Shown: one piece after another, positions 59,719 through 64,000 of the stretch | Layout of the letters: each line of letters starts with the position of its first letter | Numbering within the stretch: position 1 is the first letter of the stretch | Source: Candidatus Freyarchaeum deiterrae | GTDB lineage: Archaea > Asgardarchaeota > Jordiarchaeia > Jordiarchaeales > Jordiarchaeaceae | DNA length: 64,000 bases | Assembly: GCA_037305845.1 (NCBI GenBank) | Contig: CP147778.1 | Span: 992,001-1,056,000, forward strand | Direction of reading: 5' to 3' | Notes under the pieces: generated by a model | Told to the model about the DNA's origin: nothing | Database searches by the model: none | Seen by the model: the letters and a program-made list of their open reading frames with translations, nothing else | Made by a program: the position numbers and the translations under genes

Positions 59719-60951
59719 TTAATTTTTGTAAGCCTTTTCTAAGGCTCTTATTGCTGGCAGAGATCCGCATCCATCAGTTATGAAACTTATGAATGCTTTA
59801 CCCGCGGTGCTCATGTATGATATTTTTGAAGCGTAACCATACTTTTCTACTGCTGCAATAGTATGCCCACCGCCAACAAGAGAGTATGCCTTCGATTTCG
59901 TAACAGCTTCAAGAAGTTTACGCGTACCAATTGCAAATTGAGGATCTTCATAGACACCAGCAGGGCCATTAAAAACAATGGTTTTCGCGTTTTTCAATAT
60001 ACGAGTGAATTCATCTATTGTCTTGCTCCCGATGTCCTTAATTGGTTTATTTGTAGGCAAATCTTCAACAAGAATCTCTACGCGTTTTCCCCCATCGTCA
60101 ACTGCAACATCTTTTATAATTTCAATTACATCACTGTATTTATTTAGAAGACCTTTAACCTCGGAAATTTTATCCATCAGTCCTTTCGAGGAAAGCATTT
60201 TTTTGTTTACATCACCAATATCAATTCCCTTACCAAGCAAAAACAGGTAAGAAATTATGCCTATAGGTAAGATTATATCTGCAATCTTATTATCCAAAGC
60301 TTCTTTCATTATTTCGTAACTATCCTCAGCTTTCATTCCCCCCAAAACATAGACTGATGGTCTTTCAGGATCCTCTGTAACATTAAGAATAGAATAAACC
60401 TCTTTTTCCATTACTCTTCCTGCAGCAGAGGGCAAGACATAAGTAAAACCGACCATAGAAGTATGATTTCTATGAGCTGTAGAAAAAGCATCATCAACAT
60501 AGATATCAGCTACGCTCGCAAGCTTCTGAACCATGGGAGAATTGATTTGCTCCTCTAATGTTTTCGCACCATCTTCCTCGTCACAAAACCGCACGTTTTC
60601 TAGAAGTAAAATTTCACCATTTTTCATATTCTTTATACTCTTGAGTGCCCTGTCTCCGTAAACATCATTGACGTATTTCACGGGTCTCCCCAAAATCTCG
60701 CTCAACACTTTCCCATGCTCTTCCAATGGTATAAAATCATCGTCTCCTTTCCGCCCTTGGTGTGCTAGAACGACGACCTTTGCACCATCATTTGATAGTT
60801 CTGAAATAGTACTAGCATGTGCCTTGAATCGCATACTATCCGTTATTTTTTTGGTTGCTAAATCGATAGGAGAGTTTATGTCAACTCGGACAAGTACCGT
60901 TTTATCTTTAAAATCGAAATCATCCAATGTATAAAACTTCTTACCAGCCAA
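59719..60951 (-). CDS. pgk: Phosphoglycerate kinase
   Basis: VRVDINSP, AHQGR, LLENVRF, DAFSTAHR, NGPAGVYE, GGGHT. Confidence 0.95.
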   Translation of the reverse strand: MAGKKFYTLDDFDFKDKTVLVRVDINSPIDLATKKITDSMRFKAHASTISELSNDGAKVVVLAHQGRKGDDDFIPLEEHGKVLSEILGRPVKYVNDVYGDRALKSIKNMKNGEILLLENVRFCDEEDGAKTLEEQINSPMVQKLASVADIYVDDAFSTAHRNHTSMVGFTYVLPSAAGRVMEKEVYSILNVTEDPERPSVYVLGGMKAEDSYEIMKEALDNKIADIILPIGIISYLFLLGKGIDIGDVNKKMLSSKGLMDKISEVKGLLNKYSDVIEIIKDVAVDDGGKRVEILVEDLPTNKPIKDIGSKTIDEFTRILKNAKTIVFNGPAGVYEDPQFAIGTRKLLEAVTKSKAYSLVGGGHTIAAVEKYGYASKISYMSTAGKAFISFITDGCGSLPAIRALEKAYKN

Positions 60952-61128
60952 TTGAAAACTCCCCTACAAGTAGGAATAAACTACGTCACGTCCATCTATT
61001 ATAAAAATTTTATTCAATTTTCGAGAAAAATAAGTCAATTATAAATATTAGCTGAATTATGAAAACTAAGCATAATCAATATGTTCACAATATTATATAT
61101 ACTAACTTAGCTTGTTTTACAATCTATT

Positions 61129-61659
61129 CTATATTTTTTCTGATAATTTCTTTTTCTTCGGCCTCCAATACTTCCACTTATTATTCCAAGATTTCCACCC
61201 AGTTTTAACATATTTCTCTCTACCTTCAAGATCCCCCATAACCCACCTTATAAGCGCGTAAAATCTATCCCTGCCGCTCTCGACAGTCAAAGTTTCCCTA
61301 GGAATCCCCAATGAGGCATAATAATCCAAAAGAGAGTTCTCAATCAGATCTTGCAATTTTCCTTCGATACGAGTAGGTTTCACTTTATATCCTTCACCCA
61401 TTAGAGTCAAACTGATCTCACTCAGAACTGAACCAGTACAAATCTCGATCTCTTCATCCTTAGTAACATTTAGCTCCTCCAAAGCCTCCCTTGCTAATCT
61501 TAAGGCCTCCTTAAGATAAGTTTTCCTAGCAAAATTAGGAGGACGAAAATGAGAAACATCAATCATTTTCACAACATATTCACCAGTTTCTTCACGTAGA
61601 AACCCCAATAAACAACCACCAACAAGGTCGCCCCATCCAGCATCATCTATTCTAAGCAA
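61129..61659 (-). CDS. Hypothetical protein with an RNase HII-like N-terminal motif
   Basis: IDDAGWGDLVGG resembles the RNase HII GxDEAGRG motif; GAGGGA Shine-Dalgarno before TTG. Confidence 0.65.
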   Translation of the reverse strand: MLRIDDAGWGDLVGGCLLGFLREETGEYVVKMIDVSHFRPPNFARKTYLKEALRLAREALEELNVTKDEEIEICTGSVLSEISLTLMGEGYKVKPTRIEGKLQDLIENSLLDYYASLGIPRETLTVESGRDRFYALIRWVMGDLEGREKYVKTGWKSWNNKWKYWRPKKKKLSEKI

Positions 61660-62074
61660 CGGGTATCCCTCAAGATATTATCAAAGGCTGAGTACCAATT
61701 CCAGTTCTCCGCTAGAAAGCTTGGGCGGTCTGCCAAGCGGCGTCCCAAGTCTGAGAAACTAAAACTCACTCGTATTATGACCATAAAATCACACCTAACA
61801 CTTAAAGTAAGTCAGATAAAATATAAATCCAACCCATAGAATTACCTTTAAAATAAATTACAAATAATAAAACATTTCTGTAAAAATGGTAGTTGCTCTG
61901 GCTTCCTTTGTCTTCTTAAACTGATTTCACGTAGAGAATAGAACACAAATCTGAAAAGAATAATTTTTTATTGAGTCTTAATTTTTCAGTGAAAAGTATA
62001 AAACAAAAAATACTTTCATAATGGAAAACACGAAAGAAAGGCAAAATAAATAGTTAAAAAACAAAAAATTAAAG

Positions 62075-62563
62075 TTAAGCCATTAGCAATGTACGTACTA
62101 GTTTACTGCGTAGAATGCCCTTTTTACTTAATTGGGACATATCTCTCATGTAATTAATTTTGATGTACTCATCGCCACCAGATAAGTTTGCGTATTTCTT
62201 ATACTCTTGAAAAAATTCGGTAAAATCGTTCGTTCTTGTCAGTTTAGATTCAACCTCGGGGGGAATTCTTATCAGAGCATCGGGATCTGAACATCTTCCA
62301 CTTGTTATTTTGAAAGTTTGCACACCACTTTTACACATGTAAAACAAGTTCCCTCCTGCATTAAACTGAAGTGTGATATCTCCTAAATTTTTATTCGCTT
62401 CGATAACCTCTGGATATTCCAACCTTGCCACAAACCAGTCCAACAATGTATCATCGCCATGATAAGAATTATCAGTCTCTAAATTTGTGGGAATGTTGTT
62501 CTCTGTGTCAGTATTTTCTTCGGCATTTCTGGATTTGCCTTTAAATATTTTTAACCTACTCAC
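62075..62563 (-). CDS. Hypothetical protein, possibly divergent SCP2-like
   Basis: TLQFNAGGNLFY...ITSGRCSDPDALIRI resembles the SCP2 pattern; start placed at GTG after GAGGT. Confidence 0.55.
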   Translation of the reverse strand: MSRLKIFKGKSRNAEENTDTENNIPTNLETDNSYHGDDTLLDWFVARLEYPEVIEANKNLGDITLQFNAGGNLFYMCKSGVQTFKITSGRCSDPDALIRIPPEVESKLTRTNDFTEFFQEYKKYANLSGGDEYIKINYMRDMSQLSKKGILRSKLVRTLLMA

Positions 62564-62864
62564 AAAACTAACCTCACTTGCAGCTATAATTAAAAAGCGC
62601 CTGAAGTAGGTTAAAAATATTTCTAAATTTGATATATAAAATTGAGAAAATAACAAAAATCACATTCATATAATGCGAAAAATGAAATAAATACTAAAAA
62701 AATTGTCTACTAAAATGCCAAGCTTGAATATATGCAGTCAAGGGGATATTTAGCATCCATGAACAAAATTAAAGAAAGGAATAAAAAAAATATTTAAGAC
62801 CAAACAAACCAACTAACCATCATTAAAAAAATAACTAACATCACCAAATAAAAGGGGAGAACCA

Positions 62865-64000
62865 ATGGCAAAAATAACAGTCTCCTTAATAAAAGCAGAT
62901 ATAGGTTCCTTAGCTGGCCACACAACCGTACATCCAGACTGCCTAGAATCAGCCAAAAACTCGTTAAAAAAAGGAAAGGAAGACGGAACAATAATTGATT
63001 ATCACGTAACCCACGCAGGCGATGACCTAGAGCTAATAATGACACACAGAAGGGGTGAAAACAACGAAAAAGTACACAAACTAGCCTGGGACACCTTTAC
63101 CAAAGCAACTGAAATTTCGAGGAAACTCAAGTTATACGCAGCAGGTCAAGATCTACTCAAAGACACATTCAGCGGAAACGTCAAAGGAATGGGACCAGGA
63201 GTCGCAGAAATTGAATTCGAGGAAAGAGCAAGCGACCCTCTAATAGCATTCATGGCAGACAAAACCGAGCCCGGAGCCTTCAACTATCCGATATTCAAAA
63301 TCTTCGCAGATCCCTTCAACACAGCAGGACTAATAATAGATCCCTCTCTACACCAAGGATTCACATTTGACGTTCATGATGTAATGGAAAACAAAGGAGT
63401 ACCAATACAATGCCCGGAAGAGATGTACGATCTTTTAGCATTAATAGGAACAACAGGTAGATACGTAATCAGAAAAGTGTGGAGAAAAGACAAATTACCA
63501 TGCGCGGCAATCTCCACAACACGGCTCAGCTTAATAGCGGGAAAATATGTAGGAAAAGACGACCCTGTTGCCCTCATACGTGCTCAAAACGGGCTACCAG
63601 CCACCGGAGAAATTTTAGAACCATTCGCATTCCCTCACCTGGTAGCAGGCTGGATGAGAGGCAGTCACACGGGACCTCTAATGCCTGTCAGCGTTAAGAA
63701 CGCTGTTTGTACTAGGTTCGATGGACCGCCAAGAATTGTTGCCTTGGGCTTCAACATTTCCGACGGCTACTTAGTTGGACCAATAGACCTATTCGACGAC
63801 CCAGCATTCGATCTAACAAGACAGCAAGCGAATGAAGTAGCAGACTTCATGCGCAGACACGGACCTTTCATGCCACACAGACTAGGACCCGAGGAGATGG
63901 AATACACATGCGCGAGTTTCTTTATACTTGTATATCGAATCGCGTTCGAATACAATTGAGGTTTGCCTCACGCAGTAGAACACCCTTCCCGGAGTTCTGA
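62865..64000 (+). CDS. fbp: Bifunctional fructose-1,6-bisphosphate aldolase/phosphatase, interrupted by an intron (exon 1 62865-63907, exon 2 from 63981 running off the window)
   Basis: IKADIGS, GDDL, YAAGQDLL, DKTEPGAFN, YVGKDDP, GWMRGSH, GPFMPHRL..EMEYT; the conserved TLPGVL resumes at 63982 in another frame. Confidence 0.95.
63908..63980 (+). other. 73-nt BHB-type intron in the fbp mRNA
   Basis: Central helix AUAC/GUAG, 3-nt bulges AC^A and AA^C, closing stem UGCG/CGCA and two internal hairpins; excision gives in-frame GAA UAC AC|C ACC CUU CCC GGA GUU CUG. Confidence 0.85.

Noticed and set aside
61647-61769. Spliceosomal-looking GTGAGT...TTAG boundaries on the minus strand
   Set aside because: Joining at either nearby AG puts the downstream gene out of frame, and no spliceosome is known in archaea; probably coincidence.
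63906-63959. ORF-track C-terminus of fbp (CASFFILVYRIAFEYN-stop), or a pseudogene/sequencing-frameshift explanation
   Set aside because: The tail is read-through into a 73-nt structured insert. The conserved TLPGVL resumes afterwards, the rest of the gene is intact, and BHB-rule excision restores the frame exactly.

Overview
Gene-dense, AT-rich archaeal chromosomal segment. It encodes TFB, Rpo12, aIF1, GGGP synthase, PAC2, F420 cof genes and FBP aldolase/phosphatase. Longin-like and several roadblock proteins suggest an Asgard archaeon (inference). Most of the roughly 60 CDS are housekeeping or metabolic. No CRISPR array, tRNA, rRNA or intact mobile element was recognised. The main result is a 73-nt structured insertion (63908-63980) that interrupts the fbp gene. 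It is bounded by a relaxed bulge-helix-bulge (BHB) motif, and cutting at the canonical bulge positions restores the frame and the conserved EMEYT-TLPGVL C-terminus. This points to a tRNA-endonuclease-type intron in a metabolic mRNA. Other unannotated elements are a box C/D guide RNA predicted to direct the 16S Cm1402-equivalent methylation, an H/ACA-like hairpin, several GC-rich structured intergenic RNA candidates, and a short rpo12 gene missed by the ORF track. All family assignments come from motif recognition by eye; no searches were run.
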